From contig DASVBU010000025.1 in the NCBI GenBank assembly GCA_036375695.1, positions 1,879 through 65,878 of the forward strand: DNA of 64,000 nt, written 5' to 3'. A model generated the notes under the pieces. The model was not told the DNA's origin and ran no database searches. It worked only from the letters and a program-made list of their open reading frames with translations. Source of the stretch: Acidimicrobiia bacterium. Lineage in GTDB: Bacteria > Actinomycetota > Acidimicrobiia > Spongiisociales > ZC4RG35. The position numbers and the translations under genes are program-made. Positions 9,475 through 18,968 of the stretch are shown here, in pieces; the stretch's first letter is position 1; each line of letters starts with the position of its first letter.

Positions 9475-11109
9475 GTCCAATACGTGCTCGTCGAGCTTGG
9501 TGAACAGCGGGACGATCTCGCCCAGCGGCTGACCACCCGGCACCTCGACGGGGGACCACCCTCCGATCCCGGCGCCGATGCCGAGCATCTCGCCCACGGC
9601 GGCGCTGCTGTGGGGGAGATACGGGTGCAACGCCACCCGTATGCCTGCGATCGCCTGGATCGCCGACCAGAGCACAGTGCCCGCCCTGCCGTGGTCCGTC
9701 TTGAGCAGCTTCCACGGCTCGGTGGCGTTGAGATAGGCGTTGACCTCCGAGGCCGCCTCCATGGCCGCGCGCAGACCGGCTCGCAGCTCAACCTTCTCGA
9801 TGGCCTCGCCGGTCCGCGCCAACACCGTCGTCGCCAGCGTCGCCATCGCCCGGTCCTCCGGGGTGAGCTCTCCGGGTGGCGGGACCTTGCCGTCGAAGTT
9901 CCGCTGGCTGATGGTGAGGACCCGGTTGATCAGGTTCCCCCACGTCGCCACCAACTCCTCGTTGACCCGGCGGATGATGTCCTCATCCGACAGATCGGTG
10001 TCCTGTTGCTCGGGAAGGACCGACGAGAGGGCGTAGCGGATGGCGTCGGGCTGTAGCCGCTCGGTGTACCAGCCGATCGACCGGCCGACGCCGCGACTCG
10101 CCGACGCCTTGCGGGAGCCGAAGGTGACGTACTGATTGGCCGGCACGTCGGTGGGCAGGTTGAGCCCGCCGTAGCCCATGAGCATCGACGGCCAGATCAC
10201 CGTGTGGAACGGGATGTTGTCCTTGCCGATGAAGTAGTACGACTCCGCCTCGGGGTCCTCCCACCAGAGCCGCCAGGCGTCGGGGTCGTCCGTCTTCGAT
10301 GCCCACTCCTTGGAGGCCGACAGATAGCCGATGACCGCGTCGAACCAGACGTAGATGCGCTTCCCCGGGCCGAGGTCGTCCACGGGGAGAGGCACGCCCC
10401 ACTCCAGGTCGCGGGTGATGGCTCGATCGGGGAGACCTTCGTTGACCATCCCGAGGGCCCAGTTGCGGACGTGACGACGCCATCGGGTCTTCGACTCCAG
10501 CCACTCCCGCAGAGGCTCCTCGAGGCGGGAGAGGAGGAGGAAGTAGTGCTCCGTCTCCCGTTCCACCGGCCGCGCGCCGCTGATCTTGCTCACCGGGTCG
10601 ATCAGGTCGATCGGATCCAGCGTGCGGCCGCAATTGTCGCACTGGTCGCCGCGGGCCTCGGGGTAGCCGCAGTACGGACAGGTGCCCTGGACGTACCGGT
10701 CGGGGAGGAATCTCTCCGCCTCCGGGTCGTAGAACTGGCTGGATACCCGCTTCTCCAGAAAGCCGTTCTGGAGCAGCCGGAGGAACATGTCCTGGGTCGT
10801 CTCGTAGTGGTTGGGTGTGCCCGTGGACGTGAACAGGTCCCACGAGATGCCCAGGGTCTCCCAGTCGCGGAGGAACTCGGAGTGGTAGCGGTCGACGATG
10901 ACCTGTGGCTCGACGCCTTCCTGGTCGGCCCGCACGGTGATGGGTGTGCCGTGGACGTCGGAGCCCGAGACCATGAGGACCTGGTTCCCGACGAGACGGT
11001 GATACCGGGCGAAGATGTCGGCGGGGAGGTAGGCGCCGGCGAGATGCCCGAGATGACGGGACCCGCTGGCGTACGGCCAGGCCACAGCGACCAGGATGCG
11101 GCGGTTCAT
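9469..11109 (-). CDS. metG: methionine--tRNA ligase
   Basis: ATG 11109 gives MNRRILVAVAWPYASGSRHLGHLAG (class I HIGH-type motif). Zn knuckle CPYCGYPEARGDQCDNCG is present. The 57-codon upstream extension in the ORF track is rejected because it would overlap the divergent lipoprotein gene region. Confidence 0.93.
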   Translation of the reverse strand: MNRRILVAVAWPYASGSRHLGHLAGAYLPADIFARYHRLVGNQVLMVSGSDVHGTPITVRADQEGVEPQVIVDRYHSEFLRDWETLGISWDLFTSTGTPNHYETTQDMFLRLLQNGFLEKRVSSQFYDPEAERFLPDRYVQGTCPYCGYPEARGDQCDNCGRTLDPIDLIDPVSKISGARPVERETEHYFLLLSRLEEPLREWLESKTRWRRHVRNWALGMVNEGLPDRAITRDLEWGVPLPVDDLGPGKRIYVWFDAVIGYLSASKEWASKTDDPDAWRLWWEDPEAESYYFIGKDNIPFHTVIWPSMLMGYGGLNLPTDVPANQYVTFGSRKASASRGVGRSIGWYTERLQPDAIRYALSSVLPEQQDTDLSDEDIIRRVNEELVATWGNLINRVLTISQRNFDGKVPPPGELTPEDRAMATLATTVLARTGEAIEKVELRAGLRAAMEAASEVNAYLNATEPWKLLKTDHGRAGTVLWSAIQAIAGIRVALHPYLPHSSAAVGEMLGIGAGIGGWSPVEVPGGQPLGEIVPLFTKLDEHVLDD

Positions 11110-11164
11110 CGGGCGGAGGGTAGACCTAATGGCAAGAGACGAACCTGCCGATAACCTGGGCGTG

Positions 11165-12256
11165 ATGAACCTGCGCTCCCGCTTCCTGGCCGCGCTCTCC
11201 GTGCTCGCGCTCCTCCTCGCCGCCTGCGGCGGGTCCGGTGATGCCACGACGACCACGGCTGCTCCGGCCACGACCAGCACGATGCCCGTCCCCGAGGCGA
11301 TGGCGATCTCGTATGACCTCCAGGCCGGTCAGACCTACACCTTCGAGCTGGAGATGAACCAGACGATGGAGCTCACCACCACGGGCGACACCACGGCCAT
11401 GGAGGAGGAGGGGCTCCCGGGCAACATGGTCATGACGGTCTCCGGCCCGACTCTCATCACTTACGAGGTCGCCGACGGACCCGATCCCGACACCTACGAG
11501 ATCACCATCACCAGTGACCTGTCCGGCCTCGAGTTCGACGTCGCCATCGATGGCGAGACGGCAGAGCCAGGGGATCTCCCCGATTTCGCGGAGCTGGAGC
11601 CGCAGGAGACGACGATCGTCGTCGACAAGCAGGGAAAGCCGATCGGCGGCGACCCGATGACCGAGGACCCGTTCTCCGGCATCTTCGGCGGATTCGACCC
11701 GGGCACGATGGGCGATTTCGGCTCGTCCGGTCTGAACCCGACGCAGTTCTTCGGCCCGGCGCTCCCCGACGAGGAGGTCACGGTCGGCGACTCCTGGACC
11801 GACACCACCGAGATCCCGCTCTTCGGGGATGACAAGGTCACCACCACCGTCACCAGCACCATTGACCGAGTCGAGGAACTCGACGGCAAGGAGGCGATGG
11901 TGATCGAGACCACGATCTCCACCTCGGAGATCGAGTTCGACATGGCCGAGTTCATCCTCGCCCTCTTCGAGGGCTTCTTCCCCGAGGACCCGAGTGAAGA
12001 GGATCTGGCCCAGCTGGAGGAGCTCCGCAACTCGCTCCGGTTCCTCTTCCACGTGGACGCCTCCGAGACCGGGATGACCACGTGGTTCGACCCCGAGGCC
12101 GGCATGGCTCTGAGGTCCGAGATGAGCGGCGAGAACCGCATGGCCATGGACGCCAACGTGCCCGACGAGGCAACCGGGGAGATGGTGGCGTTCACCCTGG
12201 ACATGAAGGTCAGCTCGGACATGACCTACCGCCTGGTGGAGGCGCCCGGCGCCTGA
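11165..12256 (+). CDS. acidic secreted lipoprotein of unknown function (paralog 1)
   Basis: ATG 11165 gives MNLRSRFLAALSVLALLLAACGG (signal peptide plus lipobox), then a Thr-rich linker. The body is very D/E-rich and ends MTYRLVEAPGA. Paralogous to the next gene. Confidence 0.6.
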   Translation: MNLRSRFLAALSVLALLLAACGGSGDATTTTAAPATTSTMPVPEAMAISYDLQAGQTYTFELEMNQTMELTTTGDTTAMEEEGLPGNMVMTVSGPTLITYEVADGPDPDTYEITITSDLSGLEFDVAIDGETAEPGDLPDFAELEPQETTIVVDKQGKPIGGDPMTEDPFSGIFGGFDPGTMGDFGSSGLNPTQFFGPALPDEEVTVGDSWTDTTEIPLFGDDKVTTTVTSTIDRVEELDGKEAMVIETTISTSEIEFDMAEFILALFEGFFPEDPSEEDLAQLEELRNSLRFLFHVDASETGMTTWFDPEAGMALRSEMSGENRMAMDANVPDEATGEMVAFTLDMKVSSDMTYRLVEAPGA

Positions 12257-12263
12257 GATAGGG

Positions 12264-13451
12264 ATGGGGCGCTTGCTCGGCGAGCCCGGCACTGGTGCCC
12301 TCTCAGGACACCTGTACCGCCTGCGGACAGCCATCGTCGGCCCCGTCGCGCTCCTCTTGACCGCATGCGGGGTGCCCGGCGCGGGCACGACCACGACGAT
12401 GGTCGCTCCCGAACGGACGACGACGCTCGCCGCTCCCGTCACCAGCTCGACGATCGGCAGCACCACCACCGACGGGCCGGTGGAGTGGTCGGAGTTCAGC
12501 TATGACCTCGAGGTCGGCCAGGTCTACACGTACGAGGTCGACGTGGACCAGACGTTCGAGATGACCACCGCGGGTGAGCCGCGGCAGGGTGGGCTGTGGG
12601 CATCGAGCGATCTGCCGGAGCGGTTGGTCGTCGTGTTCACCGGAACCGCTCTGGTGAGGTACGAAGTGGGCCCCGGCCCATCGTCCGACAGCTTCGTGGT
12701 CGCGATCGTGAGCGACCTGTCCGACGTCGAGGTCGATGTCACCAGCGAAGGCGAGTCCGACCTGCCGGATGATCCGGGTGAGCTGTCCAATCGTCACGAA
12801 GTCGAGGTACTGGTGAGTCGTCAGGGCCGGGTCGACCCGATGGGGCCGGAAGCGGCGATGTCGAAGGTCTTCGTAGGTGGGCTCCTGGAGGAATTCGAGG
12901 AGCCCTGGCTGCTTCCGTCGGAGTTCATCGGCCCCTGGCTTCCGTCGGAGTTCTCGCTCGGGCACACGTGGACCCAGTCTCTCGAACTGCCTCTGTTCGA
13001 GGGCTGGGGCGGGGAGGAGGGGCCAGTCCATCTGCCCGAGAGCACCACGATGACGACGACCTACACGGTGAACCGCGGGGACCTCGAGGGGGCCCCGGTG
13101 CTCGTCGTGGAGAACGTGAGCGTGATACCCGACCTCGAGTTCGACATGGCGGCATTGATCCTGGCGCTCACCGCCCCCGAGTTGCCCGGTCTCGAGTCTG
13201 CCGACGAGGCGACCTTTTTCGCACTGCTGGAAGACTCCCGCTACTTGGTCGAGCTCGACCGGTCGGAGACCAGGACGACGACCTGGCTCGATCCGGCGAG
13301 GGGGCTGGTCCTGGGCCAGCACCTGACCGGAGCCAGCCGATTCACCACCGACGTGCACTTCCCGTCCGAGGTGACGGGGGAGGAAGTCACCTTCACCATG
13401 TCGAGATCCCTCACACGGGATCTCACCTACCGCTTGGTGGAAGCTCCTTGA
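12264..13451 (+). CDS. acidic secreted lipoprotein of unknown function (paralog 2)
   Basis: Lipobox LLLTACG and a Thr-rich linker. Shares blocks with paralog 1: SYDLEVGQVYTYEV vs SYDLQAGQTYTFEL, ETRTTTWLDP vs ETGMTTWFDP, and C-terminal LTYRLVEAP. Confidence 0.6.
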   Translation: MGRLLGEPGTGALSGHLYRLRTAIVGPVALLLTACGVPGAGTTTTMVAPERTTTLAAPVTSSTIGSTTTDGPVEWSEFSYDLEVGQVYTYEVDVDQTFEMTTAGEPRQGGLWASSDLPERLVVVFTGTALVRYEVGPGPSSDSFVVAIVSDLSDVEVDVTSEGESDLPDDPGELSNRHEVEVLVSRQGRVDPMGPEAAMSKVFVGGLLEEFEEPWLLPSEFIGPWLPSEFSLGHTWTQSLELPLFEGWGGEEGPVHLPESTTMTTTYTVNRGDLEGAPVLVVENVSVIPDLEFDMAALILALTAPELPGLESADEATFFALLEDSRYLVELDRSETRTTTWLDPARGLVLGQHLTGASRFTTDVHFPSEVTGEEVTFTMSRSLTRDLTYRLVEAP

Positions 13452-13491
13452 GCCCGGGCGTTGTTGCTCCGCTTCACGGTACGCTGAGCAC

Positions 13492-14451
13492 GTGACCCTC
13501 GCCCACGCTTCAGACCGGTCCGCCATCCTGCCGGATCGCATCTCCACGCCCACGTTGCGCACGTTCCTCCGCGCCGTGCCCTCCGTGGACGAGGTCGGCG
13601 TCATGGAGCGGGTGGCGGCACTCTCCACGAGGTCGATCAAGCGGGACTCGAAGCGGGCCGCACTCGATCTCATCGTGCGGATGACCGACCTGACCACCCT
13701 AGAGGGCAAGGACACTCCTGGCCGGGTCGCCCAACTCTGCGCCAAGGCTCTTCGGCCGGATCCGACCGACCCCTCGATCCCGCCGGTGGCCGCCGTGTGC
13801 GTCTACCCGAACCTGGTGCGGCACGCCGTGAGCTGTGTCGCGGGCTCGGGCGTCAAGGTCGCCAGCGTCGCCACGTACTTCCCGTCGGGTCAGGCCGACA
13901 CCAAGCTCAAGGTCGAGGAGACCAAGATGGTCGTCGCCGAAGGCGCCCAGGAGGTCGACATGGTCATCGACCGCGGCGCCTTCCTGGCGGGCGAGTACTT
14001 CAAGGTCTTCGACGAGATCCGCCGGGTCAAGGAGGCCTGCGGCGACGCCCACCTCAAGGTCATCCTGGAGACGGGGGAGCTGGTCACCCATGACAACGTC
14101 AGGCGGGCCTCGATGCTGGCAATGGCCGCCGGCGCCGACTTCATCAAGACCTCCACGGGCAAGGTGTCCCCGGCAGCCACCCTCCCGGTCACGCTCGTGA
14201 TGCTTGAGGCGATCCGGGACTTCCATGACGCCACCGGTGTGATGGTGGGGATGAAGCCGGCGGGGGGCATCCGGACGGCGAAGGACGCCATCAGGTACCT
14301 CATCGTCCTCAACGAGACCCTGGGTCACGAGTGGATGACACCCGACCTGTTCCGGTTCGGCGCCTCGTCGCTGCTCAACGACGTCCTGATGCAGATCCGC
14401 TGGCTCGATACCGGCCGCTACTCGTCGCCCAACTACTTCACGAAGGATTGA
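13492..14451 (+). CDS. deoC: deoxyribose-phosphate aldolase (long actinobacterial form)
   Basis: 319 aa with TTLEGKDTP, EVDMVIDRG, LKVILETGEL and the FIKTSTGK Schiff-base lysine motif. Confidence 0.88.
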   Translation: MTLAHASDRSAILPDRISTPTLRTFLRAVPSVDEVGVMERVAALSTRSIKRDSKRAALDLIVRMTDLTTLEGKDTPGRVAQLCAKALRPDPTDPSIPPVAAVCVYPNLVRHAVSCVAGSGVKVASVATYFPSGQADTKLKVEETKMVVAEGAQEVDMVIDRGAFLAGEYFKVFDEIRRVKEACGDAHLKVILETGELVTHDNVRRASMLAMAAGADFIKTSTGKVSPAATLPVTLVMLEAIRDFHDATGVMVGMKPAGGIRTAKDAIRYLIVLNETLGHEWMTPDLFRFGASSLLNDVLMQIRWLDTGRYSSPNYFTKD

Positions 14452-14453
14452 CA

Positions 14454-15929
14454 GTGAGCCGTCTTCCCACCACCACCCACACTCCGCTTCTCTGGGAATA
14501 CGCCACGTCCCGGGAGTCCGCCGATCTCGTCGAGATCGAGGAACGCTATGGGCTGTTCATCGATGGGGAGTTCCGCGAGCCGAAGTCGGGCAAATGGTTC
14601 GACACCATCAACCCCGCCACCGAGGAGAAGCTGGCGACCGTGGCGGAGGCAGGCCCGGCGGACGTGGACGCCGCGGTGGCGGCCGCCCGCGCCGCCTTCG
14701 AAGGGCCATGGGGGAGGATGTCACCCGCCGAGCGGGCCAAGCACCTGTTCCGCATCGCCCGGATGATCCAGGAGCGCTCCCGGGAGATGGCGGTGCTCGA
14801 GGTGCTCGACGGAGGCAAGCCGATCAAGGAAGCTCGCGACATCGACCTGCCCCTGGTCGCCGCCCACTTCTTCTATTACGCCGGGTGGGCGGACAAGCTG
14901 GAGTACGCCTTCCCCGGCGCCAAGCCCAGGCCGCTCGGCGTCGCGGGCCAGGTGATCCCATGGAACTTCCCGCTCCTGATGCTGGCGTGGAAGCTGGCGC
15001 CCGCCCTCGCCGCCGGCAACACCGTCGTCCTCAAGCCCGCCGAGACCACACCACTCAGCGCATTGCACTTCGCCCAGATCGCCGCCGAGGCCGGTCTGCC
15101 GCCGGGCGTGGTCAACGTGGTCACGGGGGCGGGGGAGACCGGCTCGCTGGTGGTGACCCATCCCGACGTCAGCAAGGTGGCATTCACCGGCTCGACTGCG
15201 GTGGGCAAGCTGATTCGATCCCAGCTCGCCGGCACGGGGAAGAAGCTGACCCTCGAGCTGGGCGGCAAGGCCGCCAACATCATCTTCGAGGACGCCCCGC
15301 TCGACCAGGCCGTCGAAGGGGTGATCAACGGGATCTTCTTCAACCAGGGCCACGTCTGTTGCGCCGGCTCCCGTCTCCTCGTCGAGGAGAGCATCCACGA
15401 CCGGTTCGTGGAGAAGTTGAAGCGGCGTCTCACCACGCTCCGCGTCGGCGATCCGCTGGACAAGAACACCGACGTGGGCGCGATCAACAGTCGCCAGCAG
15501 CTGGACAAGATCGAGGAACTGGTCGACTCGGGTGTTGCCGAGGGCGCCGAGATGTATCAACCCGACTGCCCGCTCCCGTCCAAGGGCTTCTGGTTCCGCC
15601 CGACCCTCTTCACCGGCGTGTCCCAGTCGCATCGCATCGCCCAGGAGGAGATATTCGGCCCCGTCCTCTCCATCCTCACGTTCCGCACACCCGAGGAGGC
15701 GGTGGAGAAGGCGAACAACACCCCCTACGGCCTCTCCGCAGGTGTCTGGACCTCCAAGGGCTCCCGGATCCTGTGGATGGCCGATCGCATGAAGGCGGGC
15801 GTGGTCTGGGCCAACACCTACAACAAGTTCGACCCGACCTCGCCGTTCGGCGGCTACAAGGAGTCCGGATTCGGTCGGGAGGGCGGACGCCACGGTCTGC
15901 TCCCGTACCTGGACTGGAGCGAGGGATGA
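14454..15929 (+). CDS. NAD(P)-dependent aldehyde dehydrogenase
   Basis: GTG 14454 lies 3 nt after the deoC stop. Motifs VIPWNFP, LELGGKA, the catalytic FFNQGHVCCAGSR and EEIFGPV. The ORF-track start at 14331 lies inside deoC. Confidence 0.9.
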   Translation: MSRLPTTTHTPLLWEYATSRESADLVEIEERYGLFIDGEFREPKSGKWFDTINPATEEKLATVAEAGPADVDAAVAAARAAFEGPWGRMSPAERAKHLFRIARMIQERSREMAVLEVLDGGKPIKEARDIDLPLVAAHFFYYAGWADKLEYAFPGAKPRPLGVAGQVIPWNFPLLMLAWKLAPALAAGNTVVLKPAETTPLSALHFAQIAAEAGLPPGVVNVVTGAGETGSLVVTHPDVSKVAFTGSTAVGKLIRSQLAGTGKKLTLELGGKAANIIFEDAPLDQAVEGVINGIFFNQGHVCCAGSRLLVEESIHDRFVEKLKRRLTTLRVGDPLDKNTDVGAINSRQQLDKIEELVDSGVAEGAEMYQPDCPLPSKGFWFRPTLFTGVSQSHRIAQEEIFGPVLSILTFRTPEEAVEKANNTPYGLSAGVWTSKGSRILWMADRMKAGVVWANTYNKFDPTSPFGGYKESGFGREGGRHGLLPYLDWSEG

Positions 15930-16771
15930 GCCGTCTGGAGGTCCGCAAGACCTACAAGCTGTACATCGGCGGAAAGTTCCCGCGGTCGGAGTCGGGGCGT
16001 TCCTATCCGGCGCTCGGTGCCGACGGAGAGGTCCTGGCCCGAGTGGCCCGCGCCAGCCGCAAGGACCTGAGGGATGCCGTACGTGTCGCCCGGGGCGCCC
16101 AGGAGGGATGGGCTTCGGCGACTGCCTACAACCGGGGGCAGGTGGTCTACCGGATCGCCGAGACGCTCGAAGATCGTGCCGGGACCTTCGTCGAGCAGCT
16201 GATGGACCTCGGTGCGAGCAAGTCGCAGGCGACCAAGGAGGTCGAGGAGACCGTCGACCTGGTCGTCTGGTACGCCGGTTGGTCCGACAAGTTCGCCCAG
16301 ATGCTCGGGAACCTCAACCCGGTGGCAGGGCCGTTCTTCAACATCTCCACACCCGAGCCCACGGGTGTCGTCGGTGTCGTGGCCCCCGAGGAGCCTCCGC
16401 TGTACGGACTCGTCGGCTCCGTGATCCCTGTGATCGTGCCCGGGAACACCGTCGTCGTCCTGGCTGCCGAGAATGCGCCGATGCCGGCGATCACCTTTGC
16501 CGAGGTCCTGGCCACCTCGGACGTGCCGGCCGGGGTGGTCAACATCCTCACGGGGAGCAAGGACGAGTTGGTCCCCTGGCTCGCCGACCACATGGATGTG
16601 GACGCCATCGACGCCGTAGGGGCGACTCCGGATCAGGTTCGGCGCATCGAGGAGGGCGCGGTGCACAACGTGAAGCGCACGCTGCTGCCCGGGCAGTGGT
16701 CCTTGCGCAGCCCCTATCGCATCGCGGCCTTCACCGAGACCAAGACGGTCTGGCACCCCAAGGGCCAGTAG
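15926..16771 (+). CDS. aldehyde-dehydrogenase-like protein lacking the catalytic domain (281 aa)
   Basis: ATGA overlap with the upstream ALDH stop. ALDH-type N-terminus (KLYIGGKFPRSESGRS) and cofactor-domain blocks (PTGVVGVVAPEEPP, VVNILTGS) are present. The sequence then jumps to the C-terminal ETKTVWHP with no ELGGK/Cys block. Confidence 0.7.
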   Translation: MSRLEVRKTYKLYIGGKFPRSESGRSYPALGADGEVLARVARASRKDLRDAVRVARGAQEGWASATAYNRGQVVYRIAETLEDRAGTFVEQLMDLGASKSQATKEVEETVDLVVWYAGWSDKFAQMLGNLNPVAGPFFNISTPEPTGVVGVVAPEEPPLYGLVGSVIPVIVPGNTVVVLAAENAPMPAITFAEVLATSDVPAGVVNILTGSKDELVPWLADHMDVDAIDAVGATPDQVRRIEEGAVHNVKRTLLPGQWSLRSPYRIAAFTETKTVWHPKGQ

Positions 16772-16806
16772 GGCGTTATCGGAGGTCCCGGCCTAAGGGC
16801 GTCGGA

Positions 16807-17865
16807 TCAGGACGCCTGGGTCTCGAGCATCGCAACGGCCTCGGCGTAGTGGCACGCCGTGCGATGCCCGTTGCCCTCGCGGTCGATGAGCCGGGGGATC
16901 TCCTCGATGCAGCGCTGGCGCTCCTGCTCGGTCAGCTCGTTGGCGAACTTGGGGCACCGCGTGCGGAACCGGCACCCCGAGGGTGGGTTGGCCGGGCTGG
17001 GCACGTCGCCCTCGAGGATGATGCGCCGCCTCGTCCGCTCCTTGCGTGGGTCCGGCAGGGGGATGGCGGAGATGAGGGCCTGGGTGTACGGATGTGAGGG
17101 GCGGTCGAACACCTGGGTGGAGGTGCCGGCCTCGACGATGCGACCCAGATACATCACCGACAGGTCGTGGGCGATGTGACGCACGACGGAGAGGTCGTGG
17201 GATACGAACATGTAGGCCAGGTCGAGCTCGTCCTGGAGGTTCTCCAGCAGGTTGAGGACACCGGCCCGGATCGACACGTCGAGCGCGGACACCGGCTCGT
17301 CGAGGACGATGAACTTCGGGTTGAGCGCCAGGGCACGGGCGACACCGATCCGCTGCCGCTGGCCGCCGGAGAACTCGTGCGGGTAGCGGTTCCCGTGCTC
17401 GGGGTTCAGTCCCACGATCTTGAGGAGCTCACGGACCCGATCCTTGCCGTTCCGATCCCACAGCCCGTGGATCTGGAGCGGCTCTGCGATGAGGTTCATC
17501 ACCGTCATGCGGGGATCCAGTGAGGCGTACGGGTCCTGGAAGACGATCTGCAGCTGCCTACGGATGGGCTGGATGTCCCGGCGTGGCATCTGGGTCAGGT
17601 CCTTGCCGTCGTATACGACGCTGCCGGAGTCGGCCGGGATCAGGTTGAGCAGGAGCCGGGCGGTCGTCGACTTGCCGCAGCCGGACTCGCCGACGAGCCC
17701 CATGGTGCGACCCGGCATCAGGTCGAGCGACACGCTGCACACAGCGTGGATGTCGCCGATGCGGCGCCGGAAGAATCCCTTGGACCTGATGGGGAAATGC
17801 TTGACGAGCTTGCGAGCGCGGATGATCGGCTCGACCTGGGTCGTGGTGCCGGCGGTCGTCGTCAC
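16807..17865 (-). CDS. peptide ABC transporter ATP-binding protein (OppF/DppF-like)
   Basis: GTG 17865 overlaps the upstream gene's stop (GTGA). Walker A GESGCGKST, signature FSGGQRQR, Walker B VLDEPVSALD, and a C-terminal CRFRTRCP extension. Confidence 0.88.
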   Translation of the reverse strand: MTTTAGTTTQVEPIIRARKLVKHFPIRSKGFFRRRIGDIHAVCSVSLDLMPGRTMGLVGESGCGKSTTARLLLNLIPADSGSVVYDGKDLTQMPRRDIQPIRRQLQIVFQDPYASLDPRMTVMNLIAEPLQIHGLWDRNGKDRVRELLKIVGLNPEHGNRYPHEFSGGQRQRIGVARALALNPKFIVLDEPVSALDVSIRAGVLNLLENLQDELDLAYMFVSHDLSVVRHIAHDLSVMYLGRIVEAGTSTQVFDRPSHPYTQALISAIPLPDPRKERTRRRIILEGDVPSPANPPSGCRFRTRCPKFANELTEQERQRCIEEIPRLIDREGNGHRTACHYAEAVAMLETQAS

Positions 17866-18968
17866 CTGGCCTCCTCGTGGGCGACTTCCTCGGGAGCCTC
17901 GTCGTAGGCCGCGACGAGCTCCTCGTCGATCGTTGTGGGCGGGAACAGGTCGACGGGCTTGGCGCCGATGAGCCTCTCGTGGAAGTGGCAGGCGGCGTAT
18001 TGGCCGTCGATGCCCACCGAGAAGAGCTCGGGTTCCTGCTCGATGCAGATCGGCTGCACGATGGGGCAGCGGGGCGAGAACGGGCAACCGGGCGGCAGGT
18101 TCACCAGTGACGGCGGGGTGCCAACGATGGGAGTGAGCCGATGCGACCTCGTGGTGTCGAGGCGGGGGAGGCTCCCCAGCAGGCCCAGGGTGTACGGCAT
18201 GCGGGGCTCGTAGAAGACCTGGTCGACGTTTCCCGTCTCCACCAGCTTCCCGGCGTACATCACGCAGACCCGGTCCACGGTGCCCGCCACGACGCCGAGG
18301 TCGTGGGTGATCAGGATCATGGCGGCGCCGGTCTCCTCGCGGGCGTTGCGCAGAGCCTCCATCACCTGGGCCTGGACGGTGACGTCCAGCGCCGTCGTGG
18401 GCTCGTCGGCGATGATCACGTCGGGGTTGTTGGCCATGGCGATGGCGATGACAACCCTCTGACGCATGCCGCCGGACAGCTCGTGCGGGTAGGCGTTGGC
18501 TCGCTGCTCGGGGTTGGGGATGCCGACGATGTCCAGCAGCTCCACCGCACGCGCCCACGCCTCAGACTTGGGCACGTCTTTGTGGGCCAGGACCGCCTCG
18601 GCGAGCTGGTAGCCGACGGTGTAGACGGGGCTCAGCGAGGTGAGGGGGTCCTGGAAGATCATGGCGATCTTGTTCCCCCTGACCTTGGAGAGCTCGGAGT
18701 CGGTCAGGCCCAGCAACTCCCGACCCTGGAGCTTGGCCGAGCCCGAGATGCGCGCCGTCTTGGGGAGAAGCCCCATGACAGCCAGCGAGGACACCGACTT
18801 CCCGGAGCCGGACTCGCCCACGATCCCGAGGGTCTCGCCCCGGCGCAGCTCGTAGGAGACCCCGCGGACGGCCTGGACCAGCCCATCGTCGGTGGGGAAC
18901 TCCACCGTCAAATCCTCCACTTTCAGGAGGAGATCGGTGTCTGGCCAGGGATCCGTAACCACGGTCAA
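17862..18968 (-). CDS. peptide ABC transporter ATP-binding protein (OppD/DppD-like)
   Basis: Motifs GESGSGKSV, LSGGMRQR, IIADEPTTALD and CPFSPRCP. Confidence 0.9.
   Translation of the reverse strand: MTVVTDPWPDTDLLLKVEDLTVEFPTDDGLVQAVRGVSYELRRGETLGIVGESGSGKSVSSLAVMGLLPKTARISGSAKLQGRELLGLTDSELSKVRGNKIAMIFQDPLTSLSPVYTVGYQLAEAVLAHKDVPKSEAWARAVELLDIVGIPNPEQRANAYPHELSGGMRQRVVIAIAMANNPDVIIADEPTTALDVTVQAQVMEALRNAREETGAAMILITHDLGVVAGTVDRVCVMYAGKLVETGNVDQVFYEPRMPYTLGLLGSLPRLDTTRSHRLTPIVGTPPSLVNLPPGCPFSPRCPIVQPICIEQEPELFSVGIDGQYAACHFHERLIGAKPVDLFPPTTIDEELVAAYDEAPEEVAHEEAR

Noticed and set aside
14594-15925. N-terminal two thirds of the 725-aa ORF 14594..16771
   Set aside because: It is out of frame with, and overlaps, the well-supported aldehyde dehydrogenase (14454..15929). 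Only the segment from ATG 15926 gives ALDH-like sequence.
17866-18558. In-frame upstream extension of the OppF-like gene (583-aa ORF)
   Set aside because: The extension overlaps the OppD-like gene in a different frame and has no ABC motifs. GTG 17865 with a GTGA stop/start overlap gives a normal 352-aa ATPase.
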